Of a stretch of DNA of 64,000 nt, positions 11,227 through 21,032 are shown piece after piece; within the stretch, counting starts at the first letter, position 1, and every line of letters begins with the position of its first letter. The DNA is from a virus (lineage: Duplodnaviria; Caudoviricetes). The DNA is taken from the IMG/VR virus record IMGVR_UViG_3300028640_000004, positions 28,200-92,199 of that record; one strand, given 5' to 3'. The notes beneath the pieces are model-generated. The model did not search any database and was not told where the DNA came from. It saw only the letters and a list, made by a program, of their open reading frames with translations. The translations under genes were made by a program, and so were the position numbers.

Positions 11227-11877
11227 ATGAACATAGAGAAATTCATAAAACTATGTGGAGCATCTCTTAAGGATTCTACATTCATAGTTGTAAAACAAAT
11301 TGAATGGTTAGAGATATTAAACACACAAATCAGTGAGTTGTTTCCTGATATCGCAATCTTACATAACTCAACTATCTCATTAGCTACTATGGATCCGGCT
11401 CTAATGTATATAGATATGTCAGAGTTAAATGAAGATCTTACAGAGAAGTATCCTAATCTAATAGGTATTAAGAATCTCTACTTAGTAAGATCAGATGATT
11501 CTAAAGTACCTTTCAGTAATTGGAGTTTTGATTCTGATATCAAACTGCTCAAACTAAACGTATCGTCTAGAGATGATGAAGAGATAGCTAGTATTGATGA
11601 TTCAATACAAGTAGTCTGGTATGGTGAAATGGAACTTAAGACTACGTATGATCAAGATATAGAGCTTAACAATGCTCAGACTCAATTACTTAAGAAGGCT
11701 TGTTTAAAGGAAATGATAAGCCGTGTCTTATTAGATAAGACAAAGCTTGATAGATATAAGACCTTAGTAGGTTCAGCGAATGAGTATGTTCTTATCGCAC
11801 TACAGAAGACGCTTAATGATGAAGTAGAATTCTCAAAGAGAAAGAGAAATAACACACTTCCTGTTAGGTCATTCTAA
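11227..11877 (+). CDS. Putative head-tail adaptor / tail tubular A-like protein
   Basis: 216 aa; size and position before an 875-aa beta-rich gene. Confidence 0.4.
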   Translation: MNIEKFIKLCGASLKDSTFIVVKQIEWLEILNTQISELFPDIAILHNSTISLATMDPALMYIDMSELNEDLTEKYPNLIGIKNLYLVRSDDSKVPFSNWSFDSDIKLLKLNVSSRDDEEIASIDDSIQVVWYGEMELKTTYDQDIELNNAQTQLLKKACLKEMISRVLLDKTKLDRYKTLVGSANEYVLIALQKTLNDEVEFSKRKRNNTLPVRSF

Positions 11878-11879
11878 CA

Positions 11880-11893
11880 CGAAGATATCTTCG
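11880..11893. promoter_or_regulatory. Dispersed palindrome CGAAGATATCTTCG (copy 1 of 10)
   Basis: Perfect 14-bp palindrome, intergenic. Confidence 0.8.
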
Positions 11894-11896
11894 CTT

Positions 11897-14524
11897 ATGC
11901 AAATAGAAAATAGATTCCATATACAATTAGACTATAAGGGATATATGATAGAGCCAAAGACCGCTAGAGTTCTACCAGCACCTCTTATGGGAAGTAAGTT
12001 CAGTACGGGTAGGACTAGCTATTCTGATTTTGATTTCTGGCAATCAGATGCAATGACTAATTTTTCTAGAGGAATCAATCAGAAGTTCTTATCAGATACT
12101 AATGCTTATTGGTTCTCTAATGGTATAGATGTTTCTTATCCAGGAGAATTCAAATTAGAGAAAGATATAGTAACTGAAACAAGTAGTGTTCTTACTAGTG
12201 CTCATGGACAAGTTACTGCTACTTATAGATCTAGTGATAGGATTTATGTAGGAACTTCTAAAGGATATGTATTCTATAGACTTACTAATGCTAGTGAATG
12301 GGTCTTAATAAGTAGTATTACACATGATGATCATCCTGTTACATGTTTCTTTGAAGTAGTAGATAGCAATGCTGCTGACTATCAAAAAGTATTATATGTA
12401 TGTAAGGGGGATTATAAGGGATGGATACTCATTGATGGAACATGGGAGCAGGTTGGTCCAATAATACAATGGGCCCCTAGTCTTAGTAGAGTAGAAGGAG
12501 TTCCAGTAGCAGTATCTGGATTACTACATAATAGGAAGATTGCACAGTCTATAATACTTAACTCTAGTGAAAAGGCTAGAAGGATTTCTGTTCTATATAA
12601 AACAGTAGGGGGATTTAATGGAAGAGTGATATTAAGGTTCCATTATTCAGATATGACAACTGGAGGAATTGCTCCTAGTTCTATAATAAAGGAATATCAA
12701 ATAACATTACCAACAGCTACCGATTGGACATGGTATCATTATAATATTACTAATGATGATGACCGTGTAGTTCTTAGTAGGTGTGATAAATACTTCCTTG
12801 AGATAGAGGCGCTTGATGGTAATGATACTGTATATCCAGAGTTTGCATGCTCTGTCGGTAGAGATTCTACTTATGATGGAGATGTATTAATAGAGATGGA
12901 AAATGGTGCAACGGAGTATAGCTTTGCAGCAAGAGGACAACAATTAGCTTTTAAGATCTGGTCAGATCTTCCAGATAAGGTTTACTATGTAAGCTCACAA
13001 GGTCATTATGCATTTGGTTATGTTGATAACGGTATTAAGACTACTAGTAACGGAGTCTTATGGTCACCTGATTCCACTAGGGGATTATGGACATTACCAG
13101 CTCAGCAAGGTAGACCACTGGCAATGGGAAGAACGGCAGGTGGAACCATCATTGGTGGAGAAAGTTCTCTTTGGAAATATGTAGGAAGTACCAGTGCTAT
13201 GAGTCTATGGGACTTCCCTGATTATATCAATGCAAATAATTTCAAGGGATTCTGTGAATGGAACAATAAGATTATCTTCTCTGTAGAGAATCAAGGCATC
13301 TATATGACAGATGGTACTGGTACTATTCATACCAATATGCAGGCTGACAGAGAGGCTTTTCAATTCGAAAGCTGTGCCGGTATCACAACGTGTGGATGGC
13401 AGGCATTTGCTTTAGTAAAGAGAAAGAATGACAGTGAGTGGTACTTAGCTAAGAGTACTGCGCTATATGATCAGTTCTTTACATACTGGTGGATAGTAAA
13501 AGGATTTGGTAATAAGATACCAGTAGGAATAATCTCACTAAATATTAACGATGTAATTATATTCCATTCAGACGGAACAATACAGAAGTATTCTTATAGT
13601 GGACCATATCAAGACTCTGGATATATAGAGACATCTTTAATAGATGCTGGATTAGTTAAGCTAGATAAACTATATAAGAATATAGAGGCGATCTTTGAAG
13701 AGTTTGAAGAGGGGACTAAGTGCAAGTTATCTATAAGAAATTCCTTAGAAGGAACTTATATAGACTCTAATGAATTTGATGGAGGCTCTACAGAATCTGC
13801 TTTATTCAGATTACCAAATCCTACTAGTGGAAATAGATTACAGATCAAGACAACTATATACTCTAATAGTATTAATACTAGAACTCCAGTATGTACTGAT
13901 ATTGTATGGACATACATACTACAGAGAAGTATTAATGAGCGCAATGTATTGAAGAGTGTGAATATGTCTATCATATGTGAGAATTCATTAGAAGATAATT
14001 TAGGAGACGTAGAGTTTGAAACAGATCCAGATGCAAGAACTAGAGCCGGACTAGTTAAAGATTTATGGGATACTGTAGAAAAGAGAGAGACTCTTAACTA
14101 CATAGGATTTGAGAACGTATCAACTCCGGCATTTCATATATCTTATGCTGGCACTCATATCTATACTATAAAGATAGATAGAACAAATTATCTATTTAGT
14201 ATATATGAAGGTAGTACATTGAAGTATTCATATAATTACCAAGGAGCTACTGCTGCAAACTTAATAGCAGAACTTAATGAGAAGATCATAACAGGTGATA
14301 CAGAAAAATTATATTGCACTTTAGTTGATCCAATAACCGAAACTGATTCTATAGAAGGATTAGAGCCGGTCATTGATTACTATATAAAGCAAGATACTTA
14401 TCTTAATCTAGGTACAGATGTTAAGGCTGTCATTATAACTAATAGCAGTCCTAACCAGATAAAGATGGCTTTAGATGGTAGAGGAAGTGATAGGGTTATG
14501 TTAAGTCTTAGAGAAGCTGACTAA
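11897..14524 (+). CDS. Putative tail tubular B / nozzle-like beta-propeller structural protein
   Basis: 875 aa, beta-rich with W/G motifs, follows the adaptor-like gene. Confidence 0.45.
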   Translation: MQIENRFHIQLDYKGYMIEPKTARVLPAPLMGSKFSTGRTSYSDFDFWQSDAMTNFSRGINQKFLSDTNAYWFSNGIDVSYPGEFKLEKDIVTETSSVLTSAHGQVTATYRSSDRIYVGTSKGYVFYRLTNASEWVLISSITHDDHPVTCFFEVVDSNAADYQKVLYVCKGDYKGWILIDGTWEQVGPIIQWAPSLSRVEGVPVAVSGLLHNRKIAQSIILNSSEKARRISVLYKTVGGFNGRVILRFHYSDMTTGGIAPSSIIKEYQITLPTATDWTWYHYNITNDDDRVVLSRCDKYFLEIEALDGNDTVYPEFACSVGRDSTYDGDVLIEMENGATEYSFAARGQQLAFKIWSDLPDKVYYVSSQGHYAFGYVDNGIKTTSNGVLWSPDSTRGLWTLPAQQGRPLAMGRTAGGTIIGGESSLWKYVGSTSAMSLWDFPDYINANNFKGFCEWNNKIIFSVENQGIYMTDGTGTIHTNMQADREAFQFESCAGITTCGWQAFALVKRKNDSEWYLAKSTALYDQFFTYWWIVKGFGNKIPVGIISLNINDVIIFHSDGTIQKYSYSGPYQDSGYIETSLIDAGLVKLDKLYKNIEAIFEEFEEGTKCKLSIRNSLEGTYIDSNEFDGGSTESALFRLPNPTSGNRLQIKTTIYSNSINTRTPVCTDIVWTYILQRSINERNVLKSVNMSIICENSLEDNLGDVEFETDPDARTRAGLVKDLWDTVEKRETLNYIGFENVSTPAFHISYAGTHIYTIKIDRTNYLFSIYEGSTLKYSYNYQGATAANLIAELNEKIITGDTEKLYCTLVDPITETDSIEGLEPVIDYYIKQDTYLNLGTDVKAVIITNSSPNQIKMALDGRGSDRVMLSLREAD

Positions 14525-14527
14525 TCC

Positions 14528-14620
14528 TTTGGAGCTTAGTGGGGCGGAGTACCACTCTTAATCTCTATATAAAGAACTTATATACAGGAAAGCAATCGGG
14601 TTCGACTCCCGACTCCAAGC
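14528..14620 (+). ncRNA. tRNA-like element with non-canonical extended anticodon arm
   Basis: Acceptor TTTGGAG/CTCCAAG; T-arm TCGGG-TTCGACT-CCCGA; D-like stem AGTGG/CCACT. Confidence 0.6.
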
Positions 14621-15367
14621 ATGGCAAAAAGAAAGACATCAGAACAGGTACTGGTAGAGAATATATTAGACGGTAGAGAGGTAGAAGTCTTAAGTAGTAA
14701 GATGATTAGAAAGACTAAGTATACCCAAGAAGCTTATGACATGAGTGTTGGGATACCAGGAACTGTACCAGAAAAGATTATTTATAACTACTTAACTGCT
14801 TCAGAAGTAGAGTTTTTCTTTCAGTATAATTATGCAGATAATAGAGTAACCGCATTACCAGAAGGTATGTGGATAGCAGACTTTTATTTACCGGCATATA
14901 ATATATATATAGAAGTATATGGAAATTATTGGCATTCAATAGATGAAACAGTTGATAAGGATTATCAGAAGAAGGCATTCTGGAATGCTATGGGACTAGA
15001 GGTTATTGATTCTTCTAGAGCAGAAGATCTAGTCCCATCAAAGACAGCACAAGTAGGTAAGGTTGTTATATGGTGGGAGAAAGATATCTATGCAGATGTG
15101 AGCGGTTTATTTGCTAGAGATTTACCAGAGATATCTGTTAGAAAGATTCCTGGTAAAGCTCATGAAGTAGGTTTTGATGCGATAGCAGAGATGGAAAAAC
15201 GAGAACTTAATAGCAAGATACTTAAGCTTAGGAAGAGTAAGGCTCAGATTAAACCATTGAGACTAGAAGTTAAGAAGCTTAAGAAGAAGGCGATTAGTGC
15301 TAATTTCTTTGAAAGGAATATAGAGTTAATTAACACTACAAGAAAGATAAAAAGAAATGATTACTAA
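14621..15367 (+). CDS. DUF559/Vsr-like PD-(D/E)XK endonuclease-domain protein
   Basis: WIADFYLP..NIYIEVYGNYWH motif. Confidence 0.6.
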   Translation: MAKRKTSEQVLVENILDGREVEVLSSKMIRKTKYTQEAYDMSVGIPGTVPEKIIYNYLTASEVEFFFQYNYADNRVTALPEGMWIADFYLPAYNIYIEVYGNYWHSIDETVDKDYQKKAFWNAMGLEVIDSSRAEDLVPSKTAQVGKVVIWWEKDIYADVSGLFARDLPEISVRKIPGKAHEVGFDAIAEMEKRELNSKILKLRKSKAQIKPLRLEVKKLKKKAISANFFERNIELINTTRKIKRNDY

Positions 15368-15378
15368 ATACAAAAGAT

Positions 15379-17271
15379 ATGAGCAGTAAATCATATAGAT
15401 CATTAGAAGAACTAAACAAGATAGCGGCTATAGGAGTAGTCGAAGATTCTGGTGTAGATTCTTCTAGTAAATACATAAAAGTATTTCCAGGTAAGGTTGA
15501 ATATTCTACAGTCAACGCTCTTTGTGATGGACAAGCAGGACAAAGCTCTGGGAGTAAAAGTACTACTAATGATAATGTTATTAGTATAGCTAATATAGGA
15601 AGCGGCTATGTAGCTGGTAACTTTAGAATAGGAGAGCTTATTAACTTAAGCGGGCCTGGTGGAATGATTACATTTGGTATTCCATCTAGTGGTATAGTTG
15701 GTAGTCAACCTTATATGGTGATGGATAGATATGGTTTATATGGTGGAATTGGAGATAGTGACGATCGTTGGTTCTATGTAAACTATAGCGGAGAATCTGT
15801 TACAGCTAATGGAAAGGTTATATCAGGTGGAGATCTATTTATAGGAAGTGCGTTATCTTATTTATTCTGGGATCATTCAAAAAGTAAGTTAACTCTCTAT
15901 GGAGATTTTGATATAGCTGGTAATATCACTTCGGTAAATTGGAATCCAGACTGGTTAACCGACCCTCCAATGACAGGATATAAATTAGACTGGACTAGTG
16001 GCAATGCTTATTTTGCAGGAGCAGTAGTATCCGGTAGCTCTACAATAGGAGGGAGATTAGCTACTACAGTTGGGGGAGCTATAAATGTAGATGGAAACTT
16101 TACTAATGACGTCATTAATACATCATTAAATACACAGTCTAGATATATTCTTAAGCTATTTGATGTTAAGAATACTACACAAACATTATCTGGATTTAGG
16201 TCTGGTACACTAGAGTGGAACTCTAGTGGAGAAATAATAAGTGGATATGGAGTAGCCATGACTCCATTTGGGTTGGTTGGTGGAGTTACAGTTGGAGGAA
16301 TTCCAAAGACAACTTTTAGTATTAGTGCATTAAATGGTGATGCTACTTTTGGTGGAATTCTTGTAGCTGCTTCTGGAACATTTGGAACTATTACAGCAGG
16401 AAGTCTTGGTGGTAGTCTTACTGTTGGAAATAGACTAGCTACTACCATAGGAGGAGCCATTGATGCTGATGGGAAGTTTATAAATGACATTGATATACCA
16501 GGAAAACTTAAAACTTCTACTGGTGAAATATTAAAAGTGTTTGATGTTAAAGCAACAACACAAGCGCTTTCTGGATTTAGAGCTGGAGATCTTGTATGGA
16601 ATAGTTCTGGGGTAAGAACTAGCGGTAAAGGAATTGCCATGACACCATATGGAATCATTGGACATGATGGAACAAATCCAACATTCTCGATAAATATAGA
16701 TGGCACGGCAACGTTTGCCGGAACATTATCTGCTGGTATTTCTATATCCTCTCCAATAATTACCGGAGGAAAGATGATATTAAATAATGAAACAGAAAAA
16801 TTCATACAACTAAGAAGGTGGAATGGAAGTAGTTGGTATGATGTTGTAGGATTTAATTATGCTTATGCGGCAGCAGGTGGAACATTTTCTATAGATACAG
16901 ATAGTGGAGGTCTATCTATAACTGATAGTGCTGGTCCATATGGCCCGGCCGGAAGTTTTTCTGCTGGAGCATGTAGCCTTAATATGAGGTCAAATATATT
17001 AACACTTACATCTAACGTTTTGATACATGCAGAAGCACCAATTACTCAGACTAAATTACTAATACCTTATACTGATAACTCTTATAATCTAGGAAGCCCT
17101 TCATATAGATGGAGCACTTTATACACAGGTCATATACAATTTTCATCATACTCAACTAATCCTTCTGGGGCTATAGGTAAGATGTGGCATTTTGATAATG
17201 GATCAGTACAACAATTTAGAGGATGTCCATGGAATACTAGTATTTATTCGTTTGATATGACAGCAATATAA
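15379..17271 (+). CDS. Tail spike/fibre-like protein with internal duplication
   Basis: Gly/Thr-rich; segment RLATT.GGAI..DG.F.ND...LSGFR.G.L.WNSSG...G.AMTP.G occurs twice. Confidence 0.6.
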   Translation: MSSKSYRSLEELNKIAAIGVVEDSGVDSSSKYIKVFPGKVEYSTVNALCDGQAGQSSGSKSTTNDNVISIANIGSGYVAGNFRIGELINLSGPGGMITFGIPSSGIVGSQPYMVMDRYGLYGGIGDSDDRWFYVNYSGESVTANGKVISGGDLFIGSALSYLFWDHSKSKLTLYGDFDIAGNITSVNWNPDWLTDPPMTGYKLDWTSGNAYFAGAVVSGSSTIGGRLATTVGGAINVDGNFTNDVINTSLNTQSRYILKLFDVKNTTQTLSGFRSGTLEWNSSGEIISGYGVAMTPFGLVGGVTVGGIPKTTFSISALNGDATFGGILVAASGTFGTITAGSLGGSLTVGNRLATTIGGAIDADGKFINDIDIPGKLKTSTGEILKVFDVKATTQALSGFRAGDLVWNSSGVRTSGKGIAMTPYGIIGHDGTNPTFSINIDGTATFAGTLSAGISISSPIITGGKMILNNETEKFIQLRRWNGSSWYDVVGFNYAYAAAGGTFSIDTDSGGLSITDSAGPYGPAGSFSAGACSLNMRSNILTLTSNVLIHAEAPITQTKLLIPYTDNSYNLGSPSYRWSTLYTGHIQFSSYSTNPSGAIGKMWHFDNGSVQQFRGCPWNTSIYSFDMTAI

Positions 17272-17287
17272 TAAATATATAAATAAT

Positions 17288-17620
17288 ATGAAAGACTACA
17301 AAGACACATCGTTACCATTAGAAGAAAGAAAACAATTATTTAAGATAGCGCAAAACAAAATGATGAATCCGTTTAGTTCTTTTGATCCAAATGACTTTGA
17401 ACCATTAGCTACTCCAGACGAAAGAGCTTTATGTTCTAGGAAAAGAAAAGAAATTCCAGACATACTTCCTACTTATGGATTAAAACCTAAGGAAGTATTA
17501 GAAGGACAAATGATTGGAATGTATGAATCTAAACAAGACTTATACTTACTCATAGCTGCAGTAAACAATAAGCTATTAAAAAGAATAAAAAAACTAGAAG
17601 CTCTGTTAAAATCTAAGTAA
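17288..17620 (+). CDS. Hypothetical protein (possible fibre chaperone; C-terminal coiled coil)
   Basis: 110 aa after the fibre gene; ends in LLKRIKKLEALL. Confidence 0.45.
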   Translation: MKDYKDTSLPLEERKQLFKIAQNKMMNPFSSFDPNDFEPLATPDERALCSRKRKEIPDILPTYGLKPKEVLEGQMIGMYESKQDLYLLIAAVNNKLLKRIKKLEALLKSK

Positions 17621-17621
17621 C

Positions 17622-17650
17622 TTTACAAGTACCCACTCGTAAGATATAAT
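17622..17650 (+). promoter_or_regulatory. Sigma70-like promoter
   Basis: TTTACA-17-TATAAT. Confidence 0.7.
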
Positions 17651-17680
17651 TAACGTAATAATTAATAATAAAAAATAAAT

Positions 17681-17980
17681 ATGATCATAAATATCAAAGA
17701 AGAATTAAGGACAATATCAGGTGAAGTTTATTCAGATAAAGGTAATAAGCCTCTAACGTTTAAAGATGTTCTAATTAATTGTTGTGAGATGTATAGACCA
17801 GAACCTGGTGTAACTGGTATGATAATTAAAGTGTATGCACTAGGAACTAAGACTTTCCAAGGAAAAGATAAGGTAGATTATACTGATGAAGAAGTAGAAT
17901 TAATTAAGAAAGTCTGTGAGGCTAACCCTATGTATGTTACAGGTGTTCTTGGTGCCATGATTACCATAGTAAATAAATAA
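17681..17980 (+). CDS. Hypothetical phage protein
   Basis: 99-aa ORF with A-rich leader. Confidence 0.6.
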   Translation: MIINIKEELRTISGEVYSDKGNKPLTFKDVLINCCEMYRPEPGVTGMIIKVYALGTKTFQGKDKVDYTDEEVELIKKVCEANPMYVTGVLGAMITIVNK

Positions 17981-17981
17981 T

Positions 17982-19037
17982 ATGTTTAACATATTTGCAA
18001 CAAAAAGTCCGACAATAGGTGCCAATATCTCTACAAGAGATAGGGAACTTGATTACTCTGTAAAGGAAATTAAGATAGCTAGTGGTATGATACTACCTAA
18101 GACTGAAGAAGAGTGGCGGAAGTATCCTATTAGAAATCAATTAAGTACAAGTAGTTGTGTCGCTCATTCAGTAGCTAAGTCTTTAGGAGTTAATAATTAC
18201 ATAGAAGAAGGTAAGTACCTTGATCTATCTCCTAGATTTATTTATGCAAATAGATCCAATAAACCAGGATTAGGTATGATTGCAGAGAACTCTGCTAAGA
18301 TAGTTAATACATTAGGTTGTCCTTTAGAGGTTCAAGTACCCTTTATTAACAGTGAAGATGAGATGAATCACATAGATGACGTGACTGAGTATGATAAACA
18401 GACAGCTCTTATTGCAAAATCTAAAGGCGTGATACACTTTAATGTAAGAGATATAGATACGATAGCAAATTATATAGAATCAACTGGAAGATGTGTTAAT
18501 GTCTTTGTCCAATTCCATTATAACGAATGGACTGATGTCCCAGTATTAAAGAGTGGATTACCAATGAATTGTAGGCATTGTATACCGTTAACTAATGGGA
18601 TACTATATAATAAAGATATAGCCACAACAGCAGAAGATAGTTGGGGGCCAGCATATGGAAGGGGAGGAAGAAGGATTCTTACTAGAGAGTGGTTTGAATC
18701 AGGCAGAGTATATGAGGCATATGCTTTTGAAGATGTGCAAAACAACTGGAGAGATGTCGACTTATCTTCAGTCATAAAACCTAAATATAAGTTTAATAAC
18801 GTCATGAAGTTAGGAGAAAGAAGTGATGACGTTCTTAACTTACAAAAATGTCTTAAGTCTGTTGGATTTTTTCCAGAGACTCAAGAACCAACTGGATACT
18901 ATGGAGGTATTACAGCTAATGCAGTTTTACAATTCGCTCTTAAACATTTACCAGAGCACAAACAAGAAGTACTCTTGGTAAATGGTAAGAGTGTCGGAAG
19001 GAAAACATTAAGTAAGTTAAATGAAATTTTTAATTAA
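17982..19037 (+). CDS. Putative endolysin: papain-like C1 peptidase plus C-terminal peptidoglycan-binding domain
   Basis: NQLSTSSCVAHS (Gln/Cys), RHCI (His), EDSWG; PG_binding_1-like GERSDDVLNLQKCL...TGYYGGIT..AV..F. Confidence 0.75.
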   Translation: MFNIFATKSPTIGANISTRDRELDYSVKEIKIASGMILPKTEEEWRKYPIRNQLSTSSCVAHSVAKSLGVNNYIEEGKYLDLSPRFIYANRSNKPGLGMIAENSAKIVNTLGCPLEVQVPFINSEDEMNHIDDVTEYDKQTALIAKSKGVIHFNVRDIDTIANYIESTGRCVNVFVQFHYNEWTDVPVLKSGLPMNCRHCIPLTNGILYNKDIATTAEDSWGPAYGRGGRRILTREWFESGRVYEAYAFEDVQNNWRDVDLSSVIKPKYKFNNVMKLGERSDDVLNLQKCLKSVGFFPETQEPTGYYGGITANAVLQFALKHLPEHKQEVLLVNGKSVGRKTLSKLNEIFN

Positions 19038-19039
19038 AA

Positions 19040-19681
19040 ATGATACCAAACAAAGCAACCGGAGCTGGTAACAATAATGCTACTATGGTCTATAAGGCTG
19101 TATTTAGCGAAGCGTTATCATCAGCTCCTAGACTAGAGGCTTGGGATAATAGTGAAACCTTTCCAGTAGTACCTGCTATTGGAGTAACTACTAATAAGGA
19201 GATATTTACCGGTACTGCAGGTAACGGAAATAAGCCAATGTTAGCTGGGTACATAGGTGGAAAGTCTGGATCAGCTGTATTACCTGGTGCTAGTTGGCAT
19301 CCAAGCAGTGCTACTGCAGGATATGCTAATCCTAACCTTTTAAAAGGACAGACAAATTATGTTAGAGCGGCAGTGACTCCAGACGCAGATGAAGATATTG
19401 TATTCAATATTTCTTCACGAGTTCCGGCAGATGCTACTGTTCCTAGTGTTAGTAGCATGAATGCAATTATACAAATCAGATATAATTACATTGATGCTGA
19501 ACCAACGGTAAGCCTTTACTTTAATGAGGGCACTGAAGGATCTCCTTCATGGACAGCTATTACACCGGGAACACACGGAGTTCGTTTCTGTAATGCTGGT
19601 ACAGTATCAGGAGGTCCATATAAATTAACACTTGCAGAATCTGGAACAGTAGATGCTGCTGAGCAATGGATAACTGAATAA
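19040..19681 (+). CDS. Putative structural protein
   Basis: 213 aa, Ala/Gly/Thr-rich beta protein. Confidence 0.5.
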   Translation: MIPNKATGAGNNNATMVYKAVFSEALSSAPRLEAWDNSETFPVVPAIGVTTNKEIFTGTAGNGNKPMLAGYIGGKSGSAVLPGASWHPSSATAGYANPNLLKGQTNYVRAAVTPDADEDIVFNISSRVPADATVPSVSSMNAIIQIRYNYIDAEPTVSLYFNEGTEGSPSWTAITPGTHGVRFCNAGTVSGGPYKLTLAESGTVDAAEQWITE

Positions 19682-19689
19682 AACAAACT

Positions 19690-20061
19690 ATGAAAATACG
19701 ATGTACAACATGTGGAGCAGCTCATCTTGTTGGAGGTATTGATGCTACAGCTCCTAATGCAGTAACAGCTACAGTAACAGCTATTACAGGAGATGCTTTA
19801 TCAAGAGTGGCAGCTGCTGATGTAGATGGAGATGTGGTAAGGTTAACTGCTAAACAGTTCGGTGATTATGCTAATGTAATACCAACAAGTACTACGTGTG
19901 AGAATGCATCATTTACCACTACCTACTTAGCTGGAGGTGTTAATGGTACTCCTGGTTTCAATGATCAGATACTGTCAGATGATACTTATATGTATATCTC
20001 TACAGATAAAAGTACCGTTACTACGAGTAACTGGATAAAGAAAGAATTAGAAGAGCTTTAA
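19690..20061 (+). CDS. Putative structural protein with N-terminal CxxC
   Basis: 123 aa, starts MKIRCTTCG. Confidence 0.5.
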   Translation: MKIRCTTCGAAHLVGGIDATAPNAVTATVTAITGDALSRVAAADVDGDVVRLTAKQFGDYANVIPTSTTCENASFTTTYLAGGVNGTPGFNDQILSDDTYMYISTDKSTVTTSNWIKKELEEL

Positions 20062-20074
20062 TAAATAAAGAAAT

Positions 20075-20452
20075 ATGAAGATAACCTGTAAACAATGTGG
20101 TATTGTGCTTACTGTAGATGCACAAGATGCAGAATTACATCCAGGACTTTGCGATGTATGTATCAATACAGTACCTGCCACAGTAGAGTTCGTTCAAGAT
20201 AATCAACCTAATATAGAAACACAAATGGAACCACAAGAAACACAGGAGCCTATTGCTCCAGAAGAAGTAGTAGAATCTATAGAAGAAGAAGTGATTGCAG
20301 AAGAGGCTGAAGCTCTTATGGAAGAGATCGCATTACCTCAATCTGCTGGTGAGGTATTAGAAGTTCCAGAAGAACAAAAAGAAGAACAGCCAGAAGAAGT
20401 TCCTGTCACAGAAGAAGTTCCAGTTGTGGAACCTACTCCAGTACAGGAATAA
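20075..20452 (+). CDS. Zn-ribbon protein with Glu/Pro-rich acidic tail
   Basis: CKQC...CDVC followed by an E/P/V-rich region. Confidence 0.55.
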   Translation: MKITCKQCGIVLTVDAQDAELHPGLCDVCINTVPATVEFVQDNQPNIETQMEPQETQEPIAPEEVVESIEEEVIAEEAEALMEEIALPQSAGEVLEVPEEQKEEQPEEVPVTEEVPVVEPTPVQE

Positions 20453-20492
20453 GAACTACTAAATAATCCAATTAATAATAACAATAAAGATT

Positions 20493-20906
20493 ATGTTCAT
20501 AGTTCAAACATCAACAGGAGAAACTTACACTGAAAAGAATGGGTTTTATTGGAATCATATTCCAAAGGAGGCGAAGATATCTTCGCTTTCCTTAACCCAT
20601 CCTTTCAAAATTACGTTCCAATCTACACCAGAACCAGTATCAATCATTCCTAAGTTCGTGCTTAAAGGATATGATGAGTACTATTTCTCTAATGAGCAGA
20701 CTGTTTCATTAATGTCTTGTAATGGTAAGCTTACACAAAGAGCTAAAACTCTTACAGCAAAGATAGTAGCAGGAATAAAAGGAGATATAGTATCAGAGTT
20801 CAGAATGGATAAGAGTGGAAATATAGTAAGCCGAGTCTTTAACAAAAGAGAGTTAGAAGACGGAAGCTTTGATCTAAGCTCGATAAGGAAAGGTTTGACT
20901 GCTTAG
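20493..20906 (+). CDS. Hypothetical protein (contains palindrome copy at 20572-20585)
   Basis: 137-aa ORF. Confidence 0.6.
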   Translation: MFIVQTSTGETYTEKNGFYWNHIPKEAKISSLSLTHPFKITFQSTPEPVSIIPKFVLKGYDEYYFSNEQTVSLMSCNGKLTQRAKTLTAKIVAGIKGDIVSEFRMDKSGNIVSRVFNKRELEDGSFDLSSIRKGLTA

Positions 20907-21023
20907 TCTTATTGAGCTAATATAAAGATAAGAACAGCCGTGAGGTTGCCACAGTACTAATAGGAAACTCCTATTTGCTATGGCATAAGAGCTACCTATT
21001 AGATAATTAATGGGTAGTTTTTT
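20895..21023 (+). promoter_or_regulatory. Promoter, structured leader and intrinsic terminator upstream of the fibre cluster
   Basis: TTGACT-17-TAATAT; hairpins CAGCC-GTGA-GGTTG and TGCCACAG...CTATGGCA; CTACCTATTA...TAATGGGTAG-TTTTTT. Confidence 0.6.
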
Positions 21024-21032
21024 ATTATTTAA

